Below are positions 29,684-42,059 of a stretch of DNA of 64,000 bases, in pieces. Location of the stretch: assembly GCF_009914755.1 (NCBI RefSeq), contig NC_060933.1; one strand, given 5' to 3'. Position 1 is the first letter of the stretch. Each line of letters opens with the position of its first letter. The translations under genes and the position numbers were made by a program. The notes below the pieces were generated by a model. The model saw only the letters and a list, made by a program, of their open reading frames with translations, was not told the origin of the DNA and searched no databases. This stretch comes from the human T2T-CHM13v2.0 reference genome, Homo sapiens.

Positions 29684-29728
29684 GAATGCAATGGAATGGA
29701 ATCAACCCGAGTGCATTCCATTGCATTC
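29684..29728. other. Strand-inversion breakpoint with 15-bp perfect inverted repeat and 15-nt loop
   Basis: Seen: GAATGCAATGGAATG (29684-29698), then GAATCAACCCGAGTG (29699-29713), then CATTCCATTGCATTC (29714-29728). The palindromic TGCA at 29712-29715 can be read as part of either arm. Confidence 0.93.
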
Positions 29729-32700
29729 TGGTTGTTTCCATTCCATTCCATTCCATTTCAGTCCATTCCATTGCACTCGGGTTGATTCCATTCCATTCCA
29801 TTCCATTGCATTCCATTCCATTCCATTCCGGATGATTCCATTCCATTGCATTCCATTCCATTCCATTCCCCTGCACTCGGGTTGATTCCATTCCATTCCA
29901 TTACATAACATTCCGTTCCATTCCATTCCATTCCTTACGGATTGATTCTCTTCAATTCCCTTACACTCCATTCCATTCCATTCCATTCGGGTAGTTTCCA
30001 TTCCATTCCATTCCATTCCTTTCCATTCCATTGCACTCGGGTTGATTCCATTCCATTCCATTCCATTCCATTCCATCCCATTACATTACATTACATTCCG
30101 TTCCATTGTACTCGGGTTGATTCCATTCCATTGCATTCCATTCCATTCCATTCCATTCCATTCCGTTCCATTCCATTACATTCGGATTGATTCTATTGAA
30201 CTCCCTTACTCTCCATTACATTCCATTCCATTCGGGTTGTTCTATTCCATTCCATTCCGTTCCACTCCATTCCATTGCACGCGGGTTGATTCCATTCCAT
30301 TCCATTCCATTCCATTCCATTCCAGTCCATTCCATTCCGGATGATTCCATTCCATTGCATTCCGTTCCATTACATTCCCCTGCACTCGGGTTGATTCCAT
30401 TCCATTCCATTCCATTCCATTCCAATTCTTTCCATTCCATTCTATTCCGTACCATGCCATTCCATTCCATACAATTCCATTCCATTCCATTCCACTCCGT
30501 TCCGTTCCGTTCCGTTCCGTTCGGTTCCATTCCATTCCATTCCATTCTATTCGGTTTAATTCCATTCCATTCCATTCCATTCCATTCTATTCTATTCCAT
30601 AGCAATCGAGTTGAATCCATTGCATTCCATTCCATTCCATTCCATTCCATTCAATTCCGGAAGATTCCATTCCATTGCATTCCATTCCATTCCATTCCAT
30701 TCCATTCCATTCCATTCCATTCCATTCCATTGTACTCGGGTTGATTCCATTCCATTGCATTCCTTTCAATTCCATTCCATTCCATTCCGTTCCATTCCAT
30801 TCCATTACATTCGGATTGATTCTTTTCAACTCCCTTACTCTCCATTACATTCCATTCCATTCGGGTTGTTCCATTCCATTCCATTCCATTCCACTCCATT
30901 CCATTGCACTCGGGTTGATTCCATTCCATTCCATTCCATTCCATTCCGGATAATTCCATTCCATTGCATTCCGTTCCATTACATTCCCCTGCACTCGGGT
31001 TGATTCCATTCCATTCCATTCCATTCCATTCCATTCCATTCCATTCCCCTGCACTCGCGTTGATTACATTCCATTCCATTCCATTCCATTCCTTTCCATT
31101 CCAGTCCTTTCCATTCCATTCCGTTAGGGTTGATTCCATTCTATTAGTTTCCATTCCATTCCATTCCCTTCCATTCTACTCTGGATGATTCCATTCCTTT
31201 CAATTCCACTCGAATACATTCCCTCCTATTCCACTCGGAACGATTCCATTCCATTCCATTCCATTCCATTCCATTCCATTCCATTCCATTCCATTCCATT
31301 TCGTTCCATTCCATTCTATTCCGTATCATTCCATTCCATTCCATTCCATTCCATTCCATTCCATTCCATTCGTGTTGATTCCATTTCTTTCCATTCCATT
31401 CGGTTTGAAGGCATTCCAATCCATTCCATTCCCTTCCATTCCATTCCATTCCATTCCATTCCATTGTACTCGGGTTGATTCCATTCCATTGCATTCCATT
31501 CCATTCCATTCCATTCCATTCCATTCCGTTGCATTTTATTCCATTACATTCAGATTGATTCTATTCAACTCCCTTACTCTCCATTACATTCCATTCCATT
31601 CGGGTTGTTCCATTCCATTCCATTCCATTCCACTCCATTCCATTGCACTCGGGTTGATTCCATTCCATTCCATTCCATTCCATTCCATTCCATTCCATTC
31701 CATTCCGGATGATTCCATTCCATTGCATTCCGTTCCATTACATTCCCCTGCACTCGCGTTGATTCCATTCCATTCCATTCCATTCTATTCCATTCCATTA
31801 CAATTCGTTCCATTCCATTCTATTCCGTTCCATTCCATTCCATTCCATTCCATTCCATTCCGTTCCGTTCCATTCCATTGCATTCCATTCTATTCGCGTT
31901 AATTCCATTCCATTCCATTCGATTGCAATCGAGTTGATTCCATTCCATTCCATTCCATTCCATTCCATTCCATTCCATTCCTTTCCATTCCGTTACGGAT
32001 GATTCCATTCCATTGCATTCCATTCCATTCCATTCCCCTGTACTCGGGTTGATTCCATTCCATTCAAGTTGAATCCATTCCATTGCATTCCATTCCATTC
32101 GATTCCATTCGATTGCACTCGGGTTGATTCCATTCCATTGCATTCCATTCCATTCCATTCAATTCCATTCCGTTCCATTCCATTCCATTACATTCGGATT
32201 GATTCTATTCAACTCCCTTACTCTCCATTACATTCCATTCCATTCGCGTTGTTCCATTCCATTCCATTCCATTCCACTCCATTCCATTGCACTCGGGTTT
32301 ATTCCATTCCATTCCATTCCATTCCATTCCATTCCATTCCATTCCATTCTATTCCGGAAGATTCCATTCCATTGCGTTCCATTCCATTCCATTCCCCTGC
32401 ACTCGCGTTGATTCCATTCCATTCCATTCCATTCCATTCCATTCCATTCCGTTCCGTTCCATTCCATTCCATTCCATTCCATTCCATTCCGTTTCGTTCC
32501 GTTCCGTTCCATTCCATTCTATTCCATTCTATTCGGGTTAATTCCATTCCATTCCATTCGACTGTAATGGAGTTGATTCCATTCCATTCCATTCCTTTCC
32601 ATTCCATTCCATTCCATTCCATTCTTTTCCATTCCTTTACGGATGATTCCATTCCATTGCATTCCATTCCATTCCATTCCACTGTACTCGGGTTGATTCC

Positions 32701-35700
32701 ATTCCATTCCATTCGAATCCACGCCATTCCACTCGTGTTGATTCCATTCTTTCCATTCCATTCAAGTTGAATCCATTCCATTGCATTCCATTCCATTCCA
32801 TTCCCCTGCAGTCAGGTTGATTCCATTCCATTCCATTCCATTCCATTGCATTCCGTTCCGTTCCGTTGCGTTCCATTCCATTCCATTCCATTCCATTCTA
32901 TTCGGGTTAATTCCATTCCATTGCATTCCATTCCATTCCATTCCATTCCAATCGAGTTGATTCCATTCCATTCCATTCCATTCCATTCCACTCCATTCCA
33001 GTCTTTTCCATTCCATTCCACTCGGGTTGATTCCAATGTATTCCTTTCCATTCCATTCCATTCCATTGCAATCGAGTTGATTCCATTGCTTTGCATGCCA
33101 TTCCATTCCATTCCATTCCGGATGATTCCATTCCATTGCATTCCATTCCATTCCATTCCCCTGCACTCGGGTTGATTCCATTCCTTTCCACTCCATTCCG
33201 TTCCATTCCATTCCATTCCATTGTATTCGGGTTAATTCCATTCCATTCCATTCCATTCCATTCCATTCCATCACAATCGAGTTGGTTCCATTCCATTCCA
33301 TTCCATTCCATTCCATTCCATTCCATTCCGGATGATTCCATTCCATTACATTCCGTTCCATTACATTCCCCTGCACTCGGGTTGATTCCATTCCATTCCA
33401 TTCCATTCCATTCGATTCCATTCCATTCCAATTCTTTCCATTCCATTCTATTCCGTACCATTCCATTCCATTCCATACCATTCCATTCCACTCCATTCCA
33501 TTCCATTCCGTTCCGTTCCGTTCCGTTCCGTTCCATTCCATTCCATTCCATTTTATTCGGGTTAATTCCATTCCATTCCATTCCATTCCATTCCATTCCA
33601 TTCTATTCCATTCCATTGCAATCGAGTTGAATCCATTGCATTCCATTCCATTCCATTCCGGAAGATTCCAGTCCATTGCATTCCATTCCATTCCAGTTCC
33701 CTGCACTCGCGTTGATTCCATTCCATTCCATTCCATTCCATTCCATTCCATTCCGTTCCGTTCCATTCCATTCCATTCCATTCCGTTCCGTTCCCTTCCG
33801 TTCCATTCCATTCCATTCTATTCCGGTTAATTCCATTCCATTCCATTCGATGGCAATCCAGTTGATTCCATTCCATTCCATTCCATTCCATTCCTTTCCA
33901 TTCCATTACGGATGATTCCATTCCATTACATTACATTCCATTCCATTCCCCTGTACTCGGGTTGATTCCATTCCATTCCATTCCATTCCATTCTATTCCA
34001 TTCCATTCCATTCCATTCCGGAAGATTCCATTCCATTGCATTCCATTCCATTGCATTCCATTCCATTCCATTCCATTCCATTCCGTTCCATTCCATTCCA
34101 TTACATTCGGATTGATTCTATTCAATTCCCTTACACTCCATTATATTCCATTCCATTCGGGTAGTTTCCATTCCATTCCATTCCATTCCTCTCCATTCCA
34201 TTGCACTCGGGTTGATTCCATTCCATTGCATTGCATTCCAATCCATTCCCCTGTACTCGGGTTGATTCCATTCCATTCCATTCCAATCCATGCCATTCCA
34301 CTCGTGTTGATTCCATTCTTTCCATTCCATTCAAGTTGAATCCATTCCATTGCATTCCATTCCATTCCATTCCCCTGCAGTCGGGTTGATTCCATTGCAT
34401 TCCATTCCATTCCAATCCATTCCATTCCACTCCGTTCCGTTCCATTCCATTCTATTCCATTCCATTATATTCGGGTTAATTCCATTCCATTCCATTCCAT
34501 TCCAATCGAGTTGATTCCATTCCATTCCATTCCATTCCATTCCACTCCATTCTAGTCCTTTCCATTCCATTCCACTCGGGTTGATTCCAATGTATTCCTT
34601 TCCATTCCATTCCATTCCATTGCAATCGAGTTGATTCCATTGCTTTGCATTCCACTCCATTCCATTCCATTCCGGATGATTCCATTCCATTGCATTCCAT
34701 TCCATTCCATTCCCCTGCACTCGGGTTGATTCCATTCCATTCCACTCCATTCCGTTCCATTCCATTCCATTGCATTGTATTCGGGTTAATTCCATTCCAT
34801 TCCATTCCATTCCATTCCATTCCATCACAATCGGGTTGGTTCCATTCCATTCCATTCCATTCCGTTCCATTCCATTCCGGATGATTCCATTCCATTACAT
34901 TCCGTTCCATTACATTCCCCTGCACTCGGGTTGATTCCATTCCATTCCATTCCTTTCCATTCCATTCGATTCCATTCCATTCCAATTCTTTCCATTCCAT
35001 TCTCTTCCGTACCATTCCATTCCATTCCATACCATTCCATTCCATTCCATTCCATTCCATTCCTTTCCGTTCCATTCCATTCCATTCCATTCTATTCGGG
35101 TTAATTCCATTCCATTCCATTCCATTCCATTCTATTCCATTCCATTGCAATCGAGTTGAATCCATTGCATTCCATTCCATTCCATTCCATTCCATTCTGG
35201 AAGATTCCATTCCATTGCATTCCATTCCATTCCATTCCCCTGCACTCGCGTTGATTCCATTCCATTCCATTCCATTCCATTCCGTTCCGTTCCGTTCCGT
35301 TCCATTCCATTCCATTCCTTTTATTCGGTTTAATTCCACTCCATTCCATTCCATTCCATTCCATTCCAATCAAGTTGATTCCATTCCATTCCATTCCATT
35401 CCATTCCATTCCATTCCACTCCATTCCAGTCCTTTCCATTCCATTCCACTCGGGTTGATTCCAATGTATTCCTTTCCATTCCATTCCATTCCATTGCAAT
35501 CGAGTTGATTCCATTGCTTTGCATTCCATTCCATTCCATTCCATTCCGGATGATTCCATTCCATTGCATTGCATTCCATTCCATTCCCCTGCACTCGGGT
35601 TGATTCCATTCCATTCCACTCCATTCCGTTCCATTCCATTCCATTCCATTGTATTCGGGTTAATTCCATTCCATTCCATTCCATTCCATTCCATTCCATT

Positions 35701-38489
35701 CCATTGCATTACAATCGAGTTTATTACATTCCATTCCATTCCATTCCAGTCCTTTCCATTCCATTCCACTCGGGTTGATTCCATTCTATTAGTTTCCATT
35801 CCATTCCATTCCCTTCCATTCCACTCTGGTTGATTCCATTCCTTTCCATTCCACTCGAATACATTCCCTCCTATTCCACTCGGAACGATTCCATTCCATT
35901 CCATTCCATTCCATTCCATTCCATTCCATTCCATTCCATTCCATTCCATTTCGTTCCATTCCATTCCATTCCGTATCATTCCATTCCATTCCATTCCATT
36001 CCATTCCATTCCATTCCATTCCATTCCATTCCATTGTACTCGGGTTGATTCAATTCCATTGCGTTCCATTCCATTCCATTCCATTCCATTCCGTTCCATT
36101 CCATTCCATTACATTCGGATTGATTCTATTCAACACCCTTACTCTCCATTACATTCCATTCCATTCGGGTTGTTCCATTCCATTCCATTACATTCCACTC
36201 CATTCCATTGCACTCGGGTTGATTCCGTTCCATTCCATTCCATTCCATTCCATTCCATTCCATTCCATTCCGGATGATTCCATTCCATTGCATTCCGTTC
36301 CATTACATTCCCCTGGTCTCGCGTTGATTCCATTCCATTCCATTCAATTCCATTCCATTACAATTCGTTCCATTCCATTCTATTCCGTACCATTCCATTC
36401 CATTCCATACCATTCCATTCCATTCCTTTCCATTCCGTTCCATTCCGTTCCATTCCATTCCATTCCATTCTATTCGAATTAATTTCATTGCATTCCATTC
36501 CATTCCATTCTATTCCATCCCATTGCAATCGAGTTGAATCCATTGCATTTCATTCCATTCCATTCCATTCCATTCCATTCCGGAAGATTCCATTCCATTG
36601 CATTCCATTCAATTCCATTCCCCTGCACTCGCGTTGATTCCATTCCATTCCATTCCATTCCATTGCATTCCGTTCCGTTCCATTCCATTCCATTCCATTC
36701 CATTCCGTTCTGTTCCATTTCATTCCATTCCATTCTATTCGGGTTAATTCCATTCCATTCCATTCGATTGCAATCGAGTTGATTCCATTCCATTCCATTC
36801 CATTCCATTCCATTCCATTCCATTCCATTCCTTTCCATTCCATTATGGATGATTCCATTCCATTGCATTCCATTCCATTCCATTCCCCTGTACTGCGGTT
36901 GATTCCATTCCATTCCATTCCAATCCATGCCATTCCACTCGTGTTGATTCCATTCTTTCCATTCCATTCAAGTTGAATCCATTCCATTGCATTCCATTCC
37001 TTTCGATTTCATTCTATTGCACTCGGGTTGATTCAATTCCATTGCATTCCATTCCATTCCATTCCATTCCATTCCGTGGCATTCCATTCCATTACATTCG
37101 GATTGATTCTATTCAACTCCCTTACTCTCCATTACATTCCATTCCATTCGGGTTGTTCCATTCCATTCCATTCCATTCCACTCCATTCCATTGCACTCGG
37201 GTTGATTCCATTCCATTCCATTCCATTCCATTCCATTCCATTCCGGATGATTCCATTCCATTGCATTCCGTTCCATTACATTCCCCTGCACTCGCGTTGA
37301 TTCCATTCCATTCCATTCCATTCCATTCAATTCCATTCCATTACAATTCGTTCCATTCCATTCTTTTCCGTACCATTCCATTCCATTCCATACCATTCCA
37401 TTCCATTCCATTCCATTCCATTCAATTCCATTCCATTACAATTCGTTCCATTCCATTCTATTCCGTACCATTCCATTCCATTCCATACCATTCCGTTCCA
37501 TTCCATTCCATTTCATTCCGTTCCATTCCATTCCATTCCATTCCATTCCATTCCATTCTATTTCATTCCATTGCAATCGAGTTGAATCCATTTCATTCCA
37601 TTCCATTCCATTCCATTCTGGAAGATTCCATTCCATTGCATTCCACTCCATTCCATTCCCCTGCACTCGCGTTGATTCCATTCCATTCCATTCCATTCCA
37701 TCCATTCCGTTCCGTTCCGTTCCATTCCATTCCATTCCATTCCATTCCATTCCATTCCGTTCCATTCCATTCCATTCCATTCCATTCTATTCGGGTTAAT
37801 TCCATTCCATTCCATTCGATTGCAATCGAGTTGATTCCATTCCATTCCATTCCATTCCATTCCATTCCATTCCTTTCCATTCCATTACGGATGATTCCAT
37901 TCCATTGCATTCCATTCCATTCCATTCCCCTGTACTCGGGTTGATTCCATTCCATTCCATTCCAATCCATGCCATTCCACTCGTGTTGATTCCATACTTT
38001 CCATTCCATTCAAGTTGAATCCATTCCATTGCATTCCATTCCATTCGATTCCATTCGATTGCACTCGGGTTGATTCCATTCCATTGCATTCCATTCCATT
38101 CCATTCCATTCCATTCCATTCCATTCCGTTCCATTCCATTCCATTACATTCGGATTGATTCTATTCAATTCCCTTACACTCCATTACATTCCATTCCATT
38201 CGGGTAGTTTCCATTCCATTCCATTCCATTCCATTCCATTCCATTCCATTCCATTCCATTTCGTTCCATTCCATTCTATTCCGTATCATTCCATTCCATT
38301 CCATTCCATTCCATTCCATTCCATTCCATTCCATTCCATTGTACTCAGGTTGATTCAATTCCATTGCATTCCATTCCATTCCATTCCATTCCATTCCATT
38401 CCGTTCTATTCCATTCCATTACATTCGGATTGATTCTATTCAACTCCCTTACTCTCCATTACATTCCATTCCATTCGGGTTGTTCCATT

Positions 38490-38670
38490 CCATTCCATTC
38501 CATTCCACTCCATTCCATTGCACTCGGGTTGATTCCATTCCATTCCATTCCATTCCATTCCATTCCACTCCATTCCTTTGCACTCGGGTTGATTCCATAC
38601 CATTCCATTCCCTTCCATTCCATTCCACTCCATTCCTTTGCACTCGGGTTGATTCCATTCCATTCCATTC
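38490..38670 (-). repeat. Three tandem copies of a 60-bp unit
   Basis: Seen: CACTCGGGTTGATT at 38521, 38581 and 38641, each preceded by CCACTCCATTCC(A/T)TTG. Confidence 0.85.
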
Positions 38671-41600
38671 CATTCCATTCCATTCCATTCCATTCCGGAT
38701 GATTCCATTCCATTGCATTCCGTTCCATTACATTCCCCTGCACTCGCATTGATTCCATTCCATTCCATTCAATTCTGTTCCATTACAATTCGTTCCATTC
38801 CATTCTATTCCGTACCATTCTATTCCTTTCCATACCATTCCATTCCATTCCATTCCATTCCATTCCGTTCCATTCCGTTCCATTCCATTCCATTCCATTC
38901 TACTCGGATTAATTTCATTCCATTCCATTCCATTCCATTCCATTCCATTCTATTCCATTCCATTGCAATCGAGTTGAATCCATTGCATTCCATTCCATTC
39001 CATTCCATTCCATTCCATTCCGGAAGATTCCATTCCATTGCATTCCATTCCATTCCATTCCCCTGCACTCGCGTTGATTCCATTCCATTCCATTCCATTC
39101 CATTTCATTCCATTCCATTCCGTTCCGTTCCATTCCATTCCATTCCATTCCATTCTATTCGGGTTAATTCCATTCCATTCCATTCGATTGCAATCGAGTT
39201 GATTCCATTCCATTCCATTCCATTCCATTCCTTTCCATTCCATTACGGATGATTCCATTCCATTGCATTCCATTCCTTTCCATTCCCCTGTACTCGGGTT
39301 GATTCCATTGCATTCCATTCCAATCCATGCCATTCCACTCGTGTTGATTCCATTCTTTCCATTCCATTCAAGTTGAATCCATTCCATTGCATTCCATTCC
39401 ATTCCATTCCTCTGCAGTCGGGTTGATTCCATTCCCTTCCATTCCATTCCATTGCATTCCATTCCAATCGAATTGATTCCATTCCATTCCATTCCATTCC
39501 ATTCCATTCCACTCCATTCCAGTCTTTTCCATTCCATTCCACTCGGGTTGATTCCAATGTATTCCTTTCCATTCCATTCCATTCCATTGCATTCCGTTCC
39601 ATTACATTCCCCTGCACTCGCTTTGATTCCATTCCATTCCATTCCATTCCATTCAATTCCATTCCATTACAATTCGTTCCATTCCATTCTATTCCGTACC
39701 ATTCCATTCCATTCCATTCCAATCGAGTTGATTCCTTTCCATTCCATTCCATTCCATTCCACTCCATTCCAGTCCTTTCCATTCCATTCCACTCGGGGTG
39801 ATTCCAATGTATTCCTTTCCATTCCATTCCATTCCATTGCAATCGAGTTGATTCCATTGCTTTGCATTCCATTCCATTCCATTCCATTCCGGATGATTCC
39901 ATTCCATTGCATTCCATTCCATTCCATTCCCCTGCACTCGGGTTGATTCCATTCCATTCCACTCCATTCCGTTCCATTCCATTCCATTCCATTGTATTCG
40001 GGTTAATTCCACTCCATTCCATTCCATTCCATTCCATTCCATTCCATTACAATCGAGTTGATTCCATTCCATTCCATTCCATTCCAGTCCTTTCCATTCC
40101 ATTCCACTCGGGTTGATTCCATTCTATTAGTTTCCATTCCATTCCATTCCCTTCCATTCCACTCTGGTTGCTACAATTCCTTTCCATTCCACTCGAATAC
40201 ATTCCCTCCTATTCCACTCGGAACGATTCCATTCCATTCCATTCCATTCCATTCCATTCCATTCCATTCCATTTCGTTCCATTCCATTCTATTCAGTATC
40301 ATTCCATTCCATTCCATTCCATTCCATTCCATTCCATTCCATTCCATTGTACTCGGGTTGATTCAATTCCATTGCATTCCATTCCATTCCATTCCATTCC
40401 ATTCCATTCCATTCCATTCCATTCCATTACAATTCGTTCCATTCCATTCTATTCGGTACCATTCCATTCCATTCCATACCATTCCATTCCATTCCATTCC
40501 ATTCCATTCCGTTCCATTCCGTTCCATTGCATTCCATTCCATTCTATTCGGATTAATTCCATTCCATTCCATTCCATTCCATTCCATTCCATTCCGATCC
40601 ATTCCGTTCTGTTCCATTCCATTCCATTACATTCCATTCAATTCCATTCCATTCTGTTCCGTTCCATTCCATTCCATTCCATTCTATTCGGGTTAATTCC
40701 ATTCCATTCCATTCGATTGCAATCGAGTTGATTCCATTCCATTCCATTGCTTTCCATTCCATTACGGATGATTCCATTCCATTGCATTCCATTCCATTCC
40801 ATTCCCCTGTACTCGGGTTGATTCCATTCCATTCCAATCCAATCCATGCCATTCCACTCGTGTTGATTCCATTCTTTCCATTCCATTCAAGTTGAATCCA
40901 TTCCATTGCATTCCATTCCATTCGATTCCATTCGATTGCACTCGGGTTGATTCCATTCCATTACATTCCATTGCATTCCATTCCATTCCATTCCATTCCG
41001 TTCCATTCCATTCCATTACATTCGGATTGATTCTATTCAATTCCCTTACACTCCATTACATTCCATTCCATTTGGGTAGTTTCCATTCCATTCCATTCCA
41101 TTCCTCTCCATTCCATTGCACTTGGGTTGATTCGATTCCATTGCATTCCATTCCATTCCATTCAATTCCATTCCGTTCCATTCCATTCCATTACATTCGG
41201 ATTGATTCTATTCAACTCCCTTACTCTCCATTACATTCCATTCCATTCGGGTTGTTCTATTCCATTCCATTCCATTCCACTCCATTCCATTGCACTCGGG
41301 TTGATTCCATTCCATTCCATTCCAATCCATGCCATTCCACTCGTGTTGATTCCATTCTTTCCATTCCATTCAAGTTGAATCCATTCCATTGCATTCCATT
41401 GCATTCCATTCCCCTGCAGTCGGGTTGTTTCCATTCCATTCCATTGCATTCCATTCCATTCCATTCCATTCCGTACCGTTCCGTTCCATTCCATTCCATT
41501 CCATTCTATTCGGGTTAATTCCATTTCATTCCATTCCATTCCATTCCATTCCATTACAATTCGTTCCATTCCATTCTATTCCGTACCATTCCATTCCATT

Positions 41601-42059
41601 CCATTCCAATCGAGTTGATTCCTTTCCATTCCATTCCATTCCATTCCACTACATTCCAGTCCTTTCCATTCCATTCCACTCGGGGTGATTCCAATGTATT
41701 CCTTTCCATTCCATTCCATTCCAATGCAATCGAGTTGATTCCATTGCTTTGCATTCCATTCCATTCCATTCCATTCCGGATGATTCCATTCCATTGCATT
41801 CCATTCCATTCCATTCCCCTGCACTCGGGTTGATTCCATTCCATTCCACTCCATTCCGTACCATTCCATTCCATTCCATTCCATTGTGTTCGGGTTAATT
41901 CCATTCCATTCCATTCCATTCCATTCCATTCCATTGCAATCGAGTTGATTCCATTCCATTTCATTCCATTCCATTCCATTACATTCCATTCCAATCGAGT
42001 TGATTCCATTCCATTTCATTCCATTCCATTCCATTCCATTCCATTCCATTCCATTCCAT

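Larger units (their letters stand above)
1..29715 (+). repeat. Satellite III (HSat3) array, G-rich (GGAAT)n strand on +
   Basis: Seen: continuous GGAAT pentamers with spacers CAACCCGAGT, CAACACGAGT, CAACTCGATT, CATCCGG and TAACCCGAATAG. Established: (GGAAT)n interspersed with CAAC(C/A)CGAGT is the HSat3 signature. Confidence 0.97.
13976..29715 (+). repeat. HSat3 sub-domain, A-type modules (second block)
   Basis: Seen: A markers resume at ~13977 (GTGCAATGGAATGGAGAGG...AAACTACCCGAA) and continue to the junction. Confidence 0.75.

Noticed and set aside
29690-29730. Junction creating an extended HSE where GAA runs meet TTC runs
   Set aside because: The CAACCCGAGTGCA spacer separates the runs, so no alternating GAAnnTTCnnGAA is formed.
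29561-29900. Inversion as a sequencing fold-back chimera
   Set aside because: A read fold-back would mirror the adjacent sequence almost exactly. Here the arms differ at once (GGAGTGAA vs GGACTGAA, GTGCAAAGG vs GTGCAATGG, different run lengths) and have different duplication histories. A contig mis-join cannot be fully excluded without reads.
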